This document shows, piece by piece, positions 13,141 through 25,861 of a stretch of DNA of 64,000 nucleotides. Source of the DNA: Octopus sinensis (taxonomy: Eukaryota). Made by a program: the position numbers and the translations under genes. The stretch spans positions 72,602,001 through 72,666,000 of the forward strand of contig NC_043004.1 in assembly GCF_006345805.1 (NCBI RefSeq), written 5' to 3'. The notes under the pieces were generated by a model. It searched no databases and had not been told where the DNA came from. It saw only the letters and a list, made by a program, of their open reading frames with translations. Each line of letters starts with the position of its first letter. Positions within the stretch are counted from its first letter, which is position 1.

Positions 13141-13172
13141 CCGCCTTATATATATACATATATGGATATCTA

Positions 13173-13243
<71 letters not shown>

Positions 13244-13366
13244 TCAACAATATAAGGAATGGCCCTAATAGGCCATTCGACTCACTAGAAAGAGCAGCCA
13301 AACTCAAACCGCTAAATAGTTGTAATTCTGAAATTGAAAGAGAAATAAAAACATTTGCCCTTTTCA

Positions 13367-13461
13367 TCTCCGGACTATGCATAGTTTCGACAAAACTTTG
13401 TAAACAAATTAATTAAATTAAATTAAATTTATTTACAACTTGCGTGTCTCGTCAGCAGAGA
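13367..13461 (-). ncRNA. Type I hammerhead ribozyme
   Basis: TCTCTG-CTGACGA-GACA...TGTC-GAAACTATGCATAGTC-CGGAGA. Confidence 0.82.
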
Positions 13462-13750
13462 AGCCGAGGACGAGTATATGGTAAACAAATTGATTACATT
13501 AAATTTATTTACAACAGGCGTGTCTCGTCAGCAGAGAAGCCGAGGACGAGTATATGGTAAACAAAAAAATTAAATTAAATTTATTTACAACTGGCGTGTC
13601 TCATCAGCAGAGAAGCCGAGTACGAGTATATGTCCACGAGGCGACGGCAAAGAAGCCTCCAGTCTATATGCTCTAAATTTTCAAAAGTTAGAGCATATAG
13701 ACTGGAGGCTTATTTGCCGTCGCCTCGTGGACATATACTCGTCCTCGGCT

Positions 13751-13846
13751 TCTCTGCTGACGAGACACGCCAGTTGTAAATAAATTTAATTTAATTTAAT
13801 TAATTTGTTTACCAAAGTTTTGTCGAAACTATGCATAGTCCAGAGA
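13751..13846 (+). ncRNA. Type I hammerhead ribozyme, canonical core
   Basis: Helix I TCTCTG/CAGAGA, core CTGACGA 13757-13763, helix II GACA/TGTC, GAAA 13825-13828, palindromic helix III ACTATGCATAGT, GTC cleavage triplet ending at 13840. Confidence 0.88.
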
Positions 13847-14066
13847 TAAAAAGGGTAAATGTTTTTATTTCTCTTTCAATTTCAGAATTACAACTATTTA
13901 GCGGTTTGAGTTTGGCTGCTCTTTCTAGTGAGTCGAATGGCCTATTAGGGCCATTCCTTATATTGTTGAATGTATATTATATAGTCTTTGACTATATCTC
14001 CTTTCTCACTAGACCGCTGGTAGCGGAGAATTTTTTCTAGAATTTTTTTGCTACCCTTATATTTAT

Positions 14067-14100
<34 letters not shown>

Positions 14101-14465
14101 GTAAAAAAAATACAAACTGGGACAAGAACGTAAAACATTTAGAAGACGATACAAAAATACACGGACGGGACATTCGAAGCCTTCAATCTTCAGTCAAGAA
14201 CCGGATCATCCTCGCAATTTCGGCTGATTAATCTTGAGATTGCTCCGATCCGGCCAGCCCCAAGGAAAAAACTAAGCTACGAGCATTAGATTTTTTGGAA
14301 AAAGGATCGAATGTATACGAAACAAGGACAGATGCCACACAAATATAAATACAAAAAACGATAATAGTAATAACAGGACAAAAACAGCGGGTGTCTTACG
14401 ACTATAGACAGTACAACTTAGCTTAGCTGGCGAATTTGGAAAAAATGCCTTTTTCGATATATAAT

Positions 14466-14469
<4 letters not shown>

Positions 14470-14496
<27 letters not shown>

Positions 14497-15415
14497 ATAT
14501 CACAGCTGCACCCTCGTTACACGAGAAAAGCCGTTGCCAAGAAGACTTACTGAAATGTTTCATGATTCTTTTCATGTGATGCCCTTACATTACTTTTAAG
14601 CCTGGCCAAGCTTTTACACGTTTCATTACATACTAGACAACTGTGCTGGCGTGCAGGAGAAACAGGTTCCACCATATGCACTCCCTTAACATCCCTATTT
14701 AGACCTCCACCTAAGAGGCACACCCTTCCACATATTACAAACGTTCTGTTATGAAATTTAATTGCCATATCATTGCTTATAATGGGTCGATTTCTATGAG
14801 AATTTTGATGGCTCACCAGGCCTGCACGACTCAGACACCTCCGCCCACAAACCACACACATAAAAAGCAACACACTCTCACTTTCCACAGGTTCCCCCTT
14901 CTAAGATTCCTCCTAATTCTCACGTACTTCACTCTCTCCCTCTCAAACCTTGAACACCCATCATACATTCATCATCTTCCTACATCCATCACGGTCTTGT
15001 GTTTCCCTCTTCCAATTACCAGTAACAATTCTGTCTGAAATAGTGCATTTTAAAGGCAATCCTTAAACCTTATGCGCTGATCTCCTGCCATCTTCCATCT
15101 CACCATACAATAGCTGCTTGAGCAGTCGCTCACCACTCATCCTTATCAAATGTCCCACCCGCCACTCAAACGTTTTTGCAAAACAATTGACTCTATACTC
15201 CTACTGCCACTCCTCTCAAGTACCTACACATTACTAATGGCCATTTTCCAGTTTATCTCCAAAATGTTTCTCAAACAGTATTGATGAAATCGCTCCAATT
15301 GCCTTACCTGCCTACAGTAAACAACCCATGCCTCACTTCCATATAGCAAAGATGGGAGGACGTATGTGTTATATACCTTAACTTTAATTCGTGAAGGTAT
15401 ATTATGTTGTTTTCC
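14470..15415 (-). mobile_element. RTE-like LINE 3' portion ending in three degenerate C2H2 fingers
   Basis: KVKVYNTYVLPSLLYGSEAW and KQLLYGEM motifs followed by CxxC...H repeats (ORF 14547-14888). Confidence 0.8.
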
Positions 15416-15431
15416 TAGACACCTATATGTG

Positions 15432-15462
<31 letters not shown>

Positions 15463-15755
15463 ATGCATATATATATATAATGATGAAATTAACCTCTCTA
15501 TCTATATATGTACAATCTTTGTAATGTTGGCAAATGAAATAAGTATAAAAATGTACATTGTCCATTTAATTAAAAAATTCCATATGTGGCTGAAGATTGC
15601 TCGACATTTTAAAACTGATGTAATACTTACAGTGTTTAATAATATGAAGTAGCATAAAACGATTGTACTACATTACTTTGGATATCTTTGTTGCTTATTT
15701 TGATTATATGTGTGGTGTGTGTGCACATACACATATATATACATACATACATACA

Positions 15756-15898
<143 letters not shown>

Positions 15899-16239
15899 AT
15901 ATAGACACCTATATACATTCACTTGGAGGCAGCGTAGCTGCCTAACTGCTATGGCTACCGAATATATATGTAACTTAGAGCGACACGGTATTTGTGATGC
16001 TTTTTCTCAAAGCAGTGAACATCACGTCAGCTCTATTAATGAAATTCAAAGGCCACATGATAGTATATCAAGAGAAAAGAAAACTGACACCTACAATCTA
16101 TTTGCTCATTGCTTTAAGCTGTGCTCTATTAATATTCATCACAAGAGACAGATTTGGTAACATCCTCCTCAGAAATTGAATTTGGTCAAGAAAAGTGTTT
16201 GTGATTGCCGAAAAATACGGAGACTAATGGCCCGTCTAT

Positions 16240-16700
16240 CTTCCTTGTCCAGAAGCTGGCTACCCGCATGGTTCTTGGTCTCAAGCCTTTGTCTTATGAA
16301 GAAAGGCTGAGGACGCTCGACATTTATTCTCTAGAAAAACGACGACGCCATGGTGATCCCATTCTTGCTCACAACATCATAAGCGGAAAGTGTAACCTCT
16401 CGTAAGAGCTGTTCTTCACTCCTGCTCCAGACCGTCGGCTGCGGGGTCACTCCGAAAAGCACTATCTGCGACGATTTCATCTCAATCGAAGGAGAGGGGC
16501 TTTCTCTGTCCGGGTTGCGGATCCGTGGAATAAGCTGCCGGACGAGATAGTGAAGATGCCGACGACCGCTCGGTTCAAAGTCTCCCTTGACCACAAATGG
16601 CCTGAACTCTTTGCATGAACACCACCCTGTACATAACTCCCTGTCCCCCCCTACATGGCCTTGCTTTTTGCTTTTTGAGTCAAAAAATTAACTTAACTTA
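16240..16700 (+). mobile_element. CR1-like LINE 3' end (second family)
   Basis: LSYEERLRTLDIYSLEKRRRHGD, LRGH, WNKLPDEIV; TTAAC repeat tail. Confidence 0.82.
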
Positions 16701-16914
16701 ACTTGTCTCTGATTAACTATGTTATGAATGACTGGGCGAGAATAGTGTAAACGTTGGTGTTGTGAACAAAGCTAGAGTGATTAACGTGGGAATGGAATAT
16801 TTCGGGAATGGAATATTTTGGGAAATATGGCAATCAGAGTTGTTTACATTCAATAAAACAGTATTTCACAATTCTGTAAATAATAATTATAAACCTAAAG
16901 CTTATAAGTAATCA

Positions 16915-17495
16915 GACGCAGGAGTGGCTGTGTGGTAAGTAGCTTGTTTACCAACCACATGGTTCCGGGTTCAGTCCCACTGCGTGGCACCTTGGGCAAG
17001 TGTCTTCTACTAGATCCTCGGGCCGACCAAAGCCTTGTGAGTGGATATGGTAGACGGAAACTGAAAGAAGCCAGTCGTATATATATATATATAGGCGCAG
17101 GTGTGGCTGTGTGGTAAGTAGCTTGTTTACCAACCACATGGTTCCGGTTTCAGTCCCACTACGTGGCACCTTGGGCAAGTGTCTTCTACTAGTGCCTCGG
17201 GCCGACCAAAGCCTTGTGGGTGGATTTGGTAGATAGAAACTGAAAGAAGCCCGTCGTATATATGTATATATATGTGTGCGCGTATGTTTGTGTGTCTGTG
17301 TTTGTCCCCCTAGCATTGCTTGACAACCGATGCTGGTGTGTTTATGTCCCCGTTACTTAGCGGTTCGGCAAAAGAGACCGATAGAATAAGTACTGGGCTT
17401 ACAAAAGAATAAGTCCCGGGTTCGAGTTGCTCGATTAAAGGTTGTGCTCTAGCATGGCCGTAGTCAAATGACTGAAACAAGTAAAAGAGTAAAAG
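16915..17495 (+). mobile_element. SINE family B with a duplicated head
   Basis: Two ~180 bp head units followed by one body and tail. Confidence 0.85.
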
Positions 17496-17642
17496 AGAGT
17501 ATAGTATTAGCACTCGACCCCGCTTCTCCATTTATCGCAGAATACGCACATATCCCAGAATGCTTTAACTCTGTAAGTGTTTATAGCATCAGTTAAGACT
17601 ATGGACTAGTAACAAAAGTACGAGGATATCAACAATTACTAG

Positions 17643-18209
17643 GCGGTGAGCTGGCAGAAATGTTAGCACGCCGGGCGAAATGCGTAGCCATATTTCGTCA
17701 GTCTATACGTTCTGAGTTCAAACTACGCCGAGGTCGACTTTGCCTTTCATCCTTCCGGGGTCGATAAATTAAGTTCCAGTTACGCACTGGGGTCGATGTA
17801 ATCAACTTAATCCGTTTGTTTGTCCTTGTTTGTCCCCTCTGTGTTTAGACCCTTGTGGGTAGTAAAGAAATAGGTATTTCGTCTGCCGTTACGTTCTGAG
17901 TTCAAATTACGCCGAGGTCGACTTTGCCTTTCATTCTTTCGGGGTCGATAAATTAAGTACCAGTTACACACTGGGTTCGATGTAATCGACTTAATCCATT
18001 TGTCTGTCCTTGTTTGTCCTCTCTGTGTTTAGCCCCTTGTGGGTAGTAAAGAAATATATACGTTCTGAGTTCAAATTTCGCCGAGGTCGACTTGAACTTT
18101 CATTCTTTCGAGGTCGATAAATTAAGTACCAGTTGCGTACTGGGGTTGATCTAATTGACTGGCCCCCCCCTCTCCCAAAATTTAGGGCCTTGTGCCTAGA
18201 GCAGAATAA
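17643..18209 (+). mobile_element. SINE family A multimer with an 18-bp TSD
   Basis: GATATCAACAATTACTAG at 17625-17642 and GATATTAACAATTACTAG at 18210-18227. Confidence 0.88.
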
Positions 18210-18493
18210 GATATTAACAATTACTAGTAACTTGCGTGTAAAGGGTGACAATGAGGAGATCGATATTAAATGAATGTATACTGACAGAGGCTTACAGTTA
18301 GTCCGGACAGCCTGTAGGTGTGGCAAAGGGTAAGTAAAGAAAGAAATGAGTACATCAGGTAGGTACTCAACAGGCAATGAAGGTAATGATATCATGAGAT
18401 GAAGTAAAGAACACCTAAATAGATTTTCTTAAAGTGCTGTTATTACATTTGAACGAAATTAGTGGAGATATTTGGAATAAAAGAGTGACTTAC

Positions 18494-19062
18494 AGACGTT
18501 TGGGCACAGCAAGACTTTCTCCTTCTGTCGTCGAGTTACCAGAATCAACTGTTTCGTTATGAAACGGCGGAACTCCACTCACCGGGTCAACTTCACTGTC
18601 GGATTCTTCATCAATTGCATCAACTACCTCTGAAGCGTCTTCATTCCCTGACTCGTCCGGGTCCCCTGATTCGTATTCATCTCCTCCCTCGTCGTCATCG
18701 TCTGACTCGTCACCATCCCCTCCCTGATCGTCATCCTCTGACTCCTCATCAGCCGATAACGCTTCATCGTCTGACTCTTCTTCATCCTCTGGCTCGCCTT
18801 CATCCTCTGACTCGCCTTCATCCTCCGACTCACCTTCATCCTCTGACTCGTCGTCATTCCCTGGCGACTCGCCGTCCCCTAGGTCTTTATCACTCCCTAA
18901 ATCTTCTTCATCATCTGGTAGTGGCGCACTCTCTTGTTCTTCCCCTCCTTCCCTAGTCCCTGGCAGTCCTGTAGCCACCGACGGTCCTTGAGTCAACTGC
19001 TGTCCTTCAGTCACCCAAAGACCAACAACGAAAAGAAATAAGAAAAGGACGAGACTCTTCAT
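18494..19062 (-). CDS. Gene L exon 1: signal peptide plus D/E-rich acidic tract, ending AVPKRL
   Basis: ACAGCCATG start at 19062, hydrophobic MKSLVLFLFLFVVGLWVTEG, CT|GTAAGT donor, phase 2. Confidence 0.9.
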
Positions 19063-19104
19063 GGCTGTTATATTTCTTTTCTCTTCAGTGTTCCTCTCGC
19101 TTCT

Positions 19105-19372
19105 CGACACACGAACCGCTTCTTATATCAGAAGGAATAGGTTTGATTAACACAGAATGTTTAAGTGTGGATTCGTCTTGTCTTTTGATCGTTCCTGCAA
19201 CCCAAAGTAGTCTTCAGCAGCGAAAGCGGGAGTAGCAGCACCAGAATCTCGTTGCACAATCAGCCCGGTTCTCTCATATCTCCACGAAGACTCTCGCATT
19301 ATAAGAAACCGTCACACTTTCCGGCTGCATTTTGATTGGACGAAAACAATTGTTGATGTCATCAGATCCGTA
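19105..19372 (-). promoter_or_regulatory. Putative promoter of gene L (CRE/AP-1-like TGACATCA, CCAAT, TATA-like TATAAT and TATAAGAA)
   Basis: Motif order and position upstream of the ATG; motif-only support. Confidence 0.5.
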
Positions 19373-19619
19373 ACGATTAAATAAAAGCCACCGAGACGCA
19401 TTGTCTTACATAATTCAGCATCACCGCCATTTAAACAACCGCACAAACAGGAATTTTAGTGAATTTTCACATAAGTATGGGTGGGTGCGTTCTTTTAAAA
19501 AAAGCATAAATACATACATATACAAACGTATATGTATAAATGTATGTATGCATGTATGCATGTATGTATGTGTGTATGTATGTATGTATGTTGTTGTTGG
19601 CATCCTTTTTGTCTCGGAG

Positions 19620-19985
19620 ACAATGGAGTTGCGCATAAAATAATCTAGTCCGACTTTAACATTTCATGTCCTGATACATGTCCTGCTGTGGCTGTGTAGT
19701 CCTATCCTGGACAAACACTCCCTCTGGCAGGTACCGCAAATGTAGCGAAGACTGTTCCTGGCTGGTTGTAATGTCATAGTTTCTTGTTGACGTCTTTTCT
19801 TGTCTTTCCATTTCTCCTCTCTCTCTCTGTTACTCCTTTGTATTCCATCTTTTACGGTACGTCACCAATCTACACGGTTGCTGGCAATTGCTTCCCAACC
19901 GCTAATATTGATGTTGCAGGCCTTCATGTCCCTTTTGCAAACATCCTTGTAACGTAAGAACGGTCTACCCACAGACCTAGTACCC
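19620..19985 (-). mobile_element. RTE-like LINE 3' fragment within the left arm
   Basis: Mirror of 25212-25630. Confidence 0.8.
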
Positions 19986-20014
19986 CTATGTATGTATGCA
20001 TGCATGTATGTATG

Positions 20015-20060
<46 letters not shown>

Positions 20061-20136
20061 ATACATACATATAATACATATGTCTATGTACATCTACAAA
20101 CACAGAAATATACGTATGCATGTATGTATGTGTATG

Positions 20137-20189
<53 letters not shown>

Positions 20190-20225
20190 ATTTATAATTA
20201 AATCAAAACAAAAAAAACTTTGTCC

Positions 20226-20275
20226 GCTGCATTTTGATTGGCCGAAAACAACTGTTGACGTCATCACATCCAATC
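20226..20275 (-). promoter_or_regulatory. Extra, diverged copy of the CRE plus CCAAT promoter module
   Basis: GCTGCATTTTGATTGGCCGAAAACAACTGTTGACGTCATCACATCC matches 19324-19369 with 4 differences in 46 nt. Confidence 0.7.
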
Positions 20276-20569
20276 ATTGAAACAAAAATAGCAACGTCAC
20301 CAGGGTCACCAGACTCTCACAGAGTCAGGTAAACAGCCACACATGAGAACTGTCATTTCCTTATTCACACACTTATCAAAATGAGTGTTCCTTCATAAAA
20401 CATACATACATACATATATACATACTTACATACATACATACATACATATATGCATACATATATATGTACATGCATACATACATACATATATGCATACATA
20501 TATACATACATTTATATGTACATACATATATGCATACATATATACATATATACATACATACTTACATAC

Positions 20570-23470
20570 AAACAGCCTAGATTCATTGTGAAGGACCACA
20601 AACCTAATTTCTACACCAACCCAGCGTTAAGGCTCATATGCCCTTCTAGTTCTGACATCGGCGCAATCAGTAAGTACATTTTAGACAAATATATTCCTAG
20701 TTTAGTCAATAAGCTGAAGCTTAGCCTCTGGGCGAACTCCTCGCAGTTCGTAAAGTGGTTCTCTTCTATCCCTAATAAAAACCGAACTAAGTTCATTCAG
20801 TTCGATATTGCTAGTTTCTACCCCTCAATTAACCCTAGTGTACTTAATAAGGCCCTGTGGCATGCACACAATAAGGCAGGCCTCACTAGAGAAGAAATTG
20901 ATATAATCCTGGTCGCCAGAAAATTTTTTATAAAGTTTGATAAGTTGTGGGTTCGTAAAGATACCCCCAACGAGTTCGATGTGCCTATGGGTAGTTCAGA
21001 TAGCGCGCAGATTGCCGACTTGGTCGGAATATATATTCTCTACGAATTATCCGACCAGTTCCCGGAAATCGGGGGCGGCCTATATCGTGACGATTGTCTG
21101 TTTTACCTTCAAAACACCACGAACAGAATCGTTTAGAAAACTAAAAACAGATTAGCTAGGTTCTTTAATAGGATGGGCATGAGTATAGTTTTTGATAACG
21201 AACTAACTAAGGCTAATTTCTTAGATGTCATACTAAACCTCCATAGCGATTCTTACTGCCCTTACCACAAGCCTTCCACTAACTTAAAGTATGTCAGTGT
21301 CTTCTCGAATCACGCTAAAACTATAACAGACAATTTGGTTAAAAATATTTCTCAAAGATTGACCAATTTGTCTGCTAGTGTCGACATTTTTAGGCAGAAA
21401 GAGGAATTTTATAATGCCGCCCTGTCTAAAGCCGGTTATAGGGAGAAGGTAGTATATATAGATCCTGCCCTTCCGATGTCAGCATTCTGTCATCGGGATA
21501 GGGCCGGCTACAATAACATAAATAATTTAAGTAGTGATGATAGCCCGAGGAATGTCGGAACAGGTACATCTAGAATGAATTTAGGTAACATAAATAATTT
21601 GCGGTCCAGGGGAGGCCATAGTAAGCCAAAACCTATTATTCAGCCTAGAAATACCCACCTTAATGTCAGAGTTGACTCCCCGACCCATTACAAAAACAGG
21701 AATAAATACATTTGGTTTGTAATTCCCTTTGGTAAACAAATAAGATCTAATCTACCCCTGCAGTTTCGCCAAACCATTGCCAGTAATTTTCCCAGAAATT
21801 CCATATATTACGCTACTGTTAACTCACACAAAGTTAGGATAGCCTTCTCAAACACAAAAAATCTCTCCCAGATAATTTCCTCCCATAACAATAAGCTGCT
21901 AAATAAGACCCTATCACTCTCGTCCGGAGGCGCAGCTCCGTATAATGCAAGAATAACGAACAGTAATAATAATAGTAATAGTGATAATAGAACCGGCACA
22001 GAGATTAGCAATCTCCATACTAGCCATGGAGTTAATAATAGGAATATGGATAGGAGCAATGTTGACGACACTAACGTTAGTAATAGTAATAGGGATGAGA
22101 GCACTGTCCGAGTCATTAATGTAGAGAGTCCTAATAACACCTTTAGCAGCGATTTAGACCACAGTAGGATCACGGACATTAGCGATCACATCGATCTCAG
22201 TGACAGGGAATATACAGGTGTTATTCCATTAAATAGTATTGATAATGGGGTGTATAATGTCGAAGACAGCCGCAGTTCTCACAATCATTATAGTAATAAG
22301 AACGCCGTATTAATATCGGAAGCTAATCCCAATAGAATAAGGTTCTTATCTAGTAATTCCAAGATTAGAAATGCCATTTACCAATGCAGAATTTACACTG
22401 AATCAGATGTCTACTCGTATATAGGAGCTTCATCATCAAAATTGGCCGTGAGAATATCGAACCACTTTACAACATTTCGCGATTTTAAGAAACATCACGC
22501 GACAGGACTTAGTAAATTGATCTGGCGTTTGAAGAACGCGAATTCAGCATTTAGACTGGAATGGTCGATTTTATCGGTGTCTCTACCGTTTGATAGAGGC
22601 AAAAGAATTTGTAATCTCTGCAACTCTGAGCTTTTTCACATTTTATTCGCCCGAGGGCACATAGTTAACAGGATTTTGCAAAATTCTTTCAGATGTCCCC
22701 ATTGGCGCCGACACACATTTCTTGCATACAATTGAAACCTAAGATAATTAACCCCTTGAGGTCCTAAGAGAGGAAAAAAATTTTAAAAGGATTTTTGGGA
22801 AAATTTTTGAAAAAATCTTTGAATTAAATTTGCAAGGGGAAATTACTCCCCTCTAGCGAATGGTCTGCTACTTTTTTAGAAGCAATATCAGGAATTATAT
22901 TCTCCTTGATTTGACAAGTCATCTGTTTACAAGCTGACCACAGACGGACACACAGACACGGGCTCCTATCAGCTGCCTGACCAACAAAATCAGCAGTTCT
23001 CTTTCCCTCTACCCGCTGCCTGACAGACTCCCACACATACACAGGCGCGCACACACATACATGTAGGTAGGGTCCCACACCTATATAAGATAGCCTTAAT
23101 TCTTAAAACAATCCGAACATTAACTTTAGTTATACAGAATATATTCACACCCTTTGGTTTTCAGTATTTCTTCCACTACCAGGGTTGACCGCAGTCTGAC
23201 CTTGATTTATTCCAACGGACTTTTTCGTCGGCCTCCACCCCCACCCCCTGACGTCAACGCACATTGAGAGACAGTTTTGTGCCTTTTCATGGGCTCCTAA
23301 GGAGCGTTTTGTTCGAATACCTTGCTGCGCATTTGTTTTGGATTTTTAAATTCCTGGATTTTCCTGAAGAGAATGCTGCAAAATGGTCTCCTTATTCAAT
23401 CCGAATTTGGAAATTTGCGGCCTTTGAAACATGTGTAGAAGATAATAAAAGGAATTCTGTAGCATCTTCG
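20570..23470 (+). mobile_element. 5'-truncated Penelope-like element, Naiad-like (RT plus GIY-YIG)
   Basis: KDHKPNF, QFDIASFYPSI, PMGS, YRDD; NAIY...YSYIG; C-terminal CNLC...CPH; one in-frame TAG at 21134-21136; 3' region with a hammerhead. Confidence 0.9.
23351..23453 (+). ncRNA. Type I hammerhead ribozyme in the PLE 3' repeat
   Basis: CTGAAGA 23364-23370, helix II GAATGCTGCAAA/TTTGCGGCCTTT, GAAAC-ATGT-GTA, helix I ATTTTC/GAAGAT. Confidence 0.72.
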
Positions 23471-23494
23471 TTCAGCTCCATTTCTTCCCTTCAC

Positions 23495-23638
<144 letters not shown>

Positions 23639-23685
23639 TAATATATACATAAATACATAATAATAATAATAATAAAATAATAATA

Positions 23686-23721
<36 letters not shown>

Positions 23722-23995
23722 TTATTTATGTTGTAATCTTTTGTGCCCAATATTTTAAGGAACTTGTTAAACTTTTTTATGTCCTTAACATGTCCTTGTT
23801 ACCAAAGACTGTATATATGTACTGTAGCAATTTGTAACAACCAATAATTAATGCAACCAAACTTCTACATGTTACTTTTGACAATCTTTTTCCAAACAGT
23901 GAAACCGGTAAAGTTAATAAACATCTTTTAAAATTGCATTTTCAAACCTTCTTTCGTATATAATTCCACTCGTGCGGTACCCTACAACTCAACTT

Positions 23996-24042
<47 letters not shown>

Positions 24043-24047
<5 letters not shown>

Positions 24048-24357
24048 CTCGTGACGCACATGGTAAACTTGGAGGGAAATATGAATTTCAATCGCCGATA
24101 TAAATTCGGATATCCCAACTGCCTTGTGTTATTGTTCTGATGGCGCTTGGTCAGAAATGCAAAGGGTAAGTTTTTCTAGCATTTTCAAAGTTATAATTCT
24201 CGAAATATTATGTCGATAAAGGAAATGAATTTTTACAATTCTAATCCAGAAACGCGTCAATGATTAATCGATGACTGTTTGATTTCATTATTTTCCTTCT
24301 TTTAACCTACGTGAGTTACAGATAATATATATATATATATATATATATAATTAAGGG

Positions 24358-24433
<76 letters not shown>

Positions 24434-24915
24434 ATATATAATTAAGGGTTTAGCAACAAGTTGCTTCACCACTTACCGAAGATTTAGGAATAGCAGCCAA
24501 AAGACCGTTATTTCCTTTTCACTACAAAATATGACTCTGCTGATAACATTATCTGTAACTCACGTAGGTTAAAAGAAGGAAAATAATGAAATCAAACAGT
24601 CATCGATTAATCATTGACGCGTTTCTGGATTAGAATTATAAAAATTCATTTCCTTTATCGACATAATATTTAGAGAATTATAACTTTGAAAATGCTAGAA
24701 AAACTTACCCATTGCATTTCTGACCAAGCGCCATCAGAACAATAACACAAGGCAGTTGGGATATCCGAATTTATATCGGCGATTGAAATTCATATTTCCC
24801 TCCAAGTTTACCATGTGCGTCACGAGTCATATTTTGTAGCGAAATGAAATAACGGTCTTTTGGCTGCTATTTCTAAATTTTCGGTATATGGTGAAGCAAC
24901 TTGTTGCTAAACCCG
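24043..24915. repeat. Interleaved inverted repeats (about 280 bp and 85 bp arms)
   Basis: 24043-24326 versus 24547-24832; 24445-24537 versus 24824-24915; the latter is related to 43615-43775. Confidence 0.82.
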
Positions 24916-24974
24916 CTGCTCTAACCACTGGGCTATTGCGCCTCCACACACATACTCACACACACACACGCACG

Positions 24975-25017
<43 letters not shown>

Positions 25018-25098
25018 TATATATATATATATATACATACACATACATACATGCATACGTATATTTCTGTGTTGTATATGTGTACATAGACATATGTA

Positions 25099-25173
<75 letters not shown>

Positions 25174-25211
25174 CATACATACATACATACATACATGCAT
25201 GCATACATACA

Positions 25212-25630
25212 TAGGGGTACGAGGTCTGTGGGTAGACCGTTCTTACGTTACAAGGATGTTTGCAAAAGGGACATGAAGGCCTGCAACATCAATATTAGCG
25301 GTTGGGAAGCAATTGCCAGCAACCGTGTAGATTGGCGACGTACCGTAAAAGAGGGAATACAAAGGAGTAACAGAGAGAGAGAGGAGAAAATGGAAAGACA
25401 AGAAAAGACGTCAACAAGAAACTATGACATTACAACCAGCCAGGAACAGTCTTCGCTACATTTGCGGTACCTGCCAGAGGGAGTGTTTGTCCAGGATAGG
25501 ACTACACAGCCACAGCAGGACATGTATCAGGACATGAAATGTAAAAGCCGGACTAGATTATTTTATGCGCAACTCCATTGTCTCCCGAGACAAAAAGGAT
25601 GCCAACAACAACAACAACAACAACAACAAC
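25212..25630 (+). mobile_element. RTE-like LINE 3' fragment with a (CAA)n tail
   Basis: [20 protein letters not shown]...WEAIASNRVDWRRTVKEG. Confidence 0.82.
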
Positions 25631-25861
25631 ATACATACATACATACATACATACATACATACACACATACATACATGCATACATACATACATTTATACAT
25701 ATACGTTTGTATATGTATGTATTTATGCTTTTTCAAAAAGAACGCACCCACCCATACTTATGTGAAAATTCACTAAAATTCCTGTTTGTGCGGTTGTTTA
25801 AATGGCGGTGATGTTGAATTATGTAAGACAATGCGTCTCGGTGGCTTTTATTTAATCGTTA

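Larger units (their letters stand above)
13242..13971. mobile_element. Palindromic (foldback) non-autonomous element with a hammerhead on each arm
   Basis: Arms near-perfect around a centre at about 13682; left arm has extra ~85 bp tandem partial units. Confidence 0.88.
12345..14400. repeat. Outer inverted repeat pair (~270 bp arms) enclosing a CR1 fragment and the hammerhead foldback
   Basis: About 12345-12620 versus about 14100-14400. Confidence 0.85.
18506..20186. repeat. Left arm of the ~1.7 kb inverted duplication
   Basis: Reverse complement of 24946-26734; differences are mostly repeat-length changes and scattered substitutions. Confidence 0.95.

Noticed and set aside
13441-13630. CRISPR-like array (also 45562-46075)
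   Set aside because: Units are repeated whole with no unique spacers; eukaryotic context; no cas genes
17500-17570. Minus-strand candidate exon reading ELKHSGICAYS
   Set aside because: Wrong phase for the main exon 1 donor, no donor site, and no counterpart in gene R; the true exon 2 is at 10711-10803
21134-21136. Selenocysteine in the Naiad-like ORF
   Set aside because: The interrupting stop is TAG, not TGA, and is not at a Cys position
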